Below, piece after piece: positions 63,857 through 64,000 of a stretch of 64,000 nt of DNA (position 1 is its first letter; each line of letters opens with the position of its first letter). A model generated the notes under the pieces. It ran no database searches, was not told where the DNA came from, and worked only from the letters and a program-made list of their open reading frames with translations. Location: NCBI GenBank assembly GCA_964016885.1, contig OZ024752.1:28210001-28274000 (forward strand), given 5' to 3'. Origin of the DNA: Eledone cirrhosa. Its lineage: Eukaryota. The position numbers were made by a program, and so were the translations under genes.

Positions 63857-63900
<44 letters not shown>

Positions 63901-64000
63901 ATACATACATATATATATGTATTGTATATATATATATATTGTTTATATATATATATATATATATTGTATATATATATATTGTATATATATATATATTCTA

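Overview
AT-rich, microsatellite-laden animal DNA, most likely from an octopus given the crystallin sequences. Two tandem + strand S-crystallin genes (sigma-GST-derived lens crystallins) were read by hand. Copy A has exons 2-6 at 1054-4346, with exon 1 upstream of the window. Copy B is complete: 6 exons at 22325-31129, 215 aa, with a TATA box and a 30-bp loop micro-exon. The rest is mobile DNA: tRNA-headed SINEs, RTE LINE pieces, an R4-like remnant, two Helitron copies, mariner and hAT MITEs, and a 5'-truncated Penelope-like element (PLE; RT plus GIY-YIG). The main hidden signal is a dense set of type I hammerhead ribozyme (HHR) motifs, about 21 well-formed plus a few weaker or decayed ones, from about 7 sequence families. 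Ten of them lie in a near-identical 467-bp tandem array that inverts midway (46934-52015) and looks like a non-LTR retrozyme. A second, related retrozyme-like family shares an octamer-containing hairpin upstream of its ribozyme. Most HHR-bearing insertions are inverted pairs with their 3' ends facing outward into (TA)n. Almost all ORFs in the supplied track are microsatellite artefacts. All calls were made by eye; no alignment, folding or database search was run.
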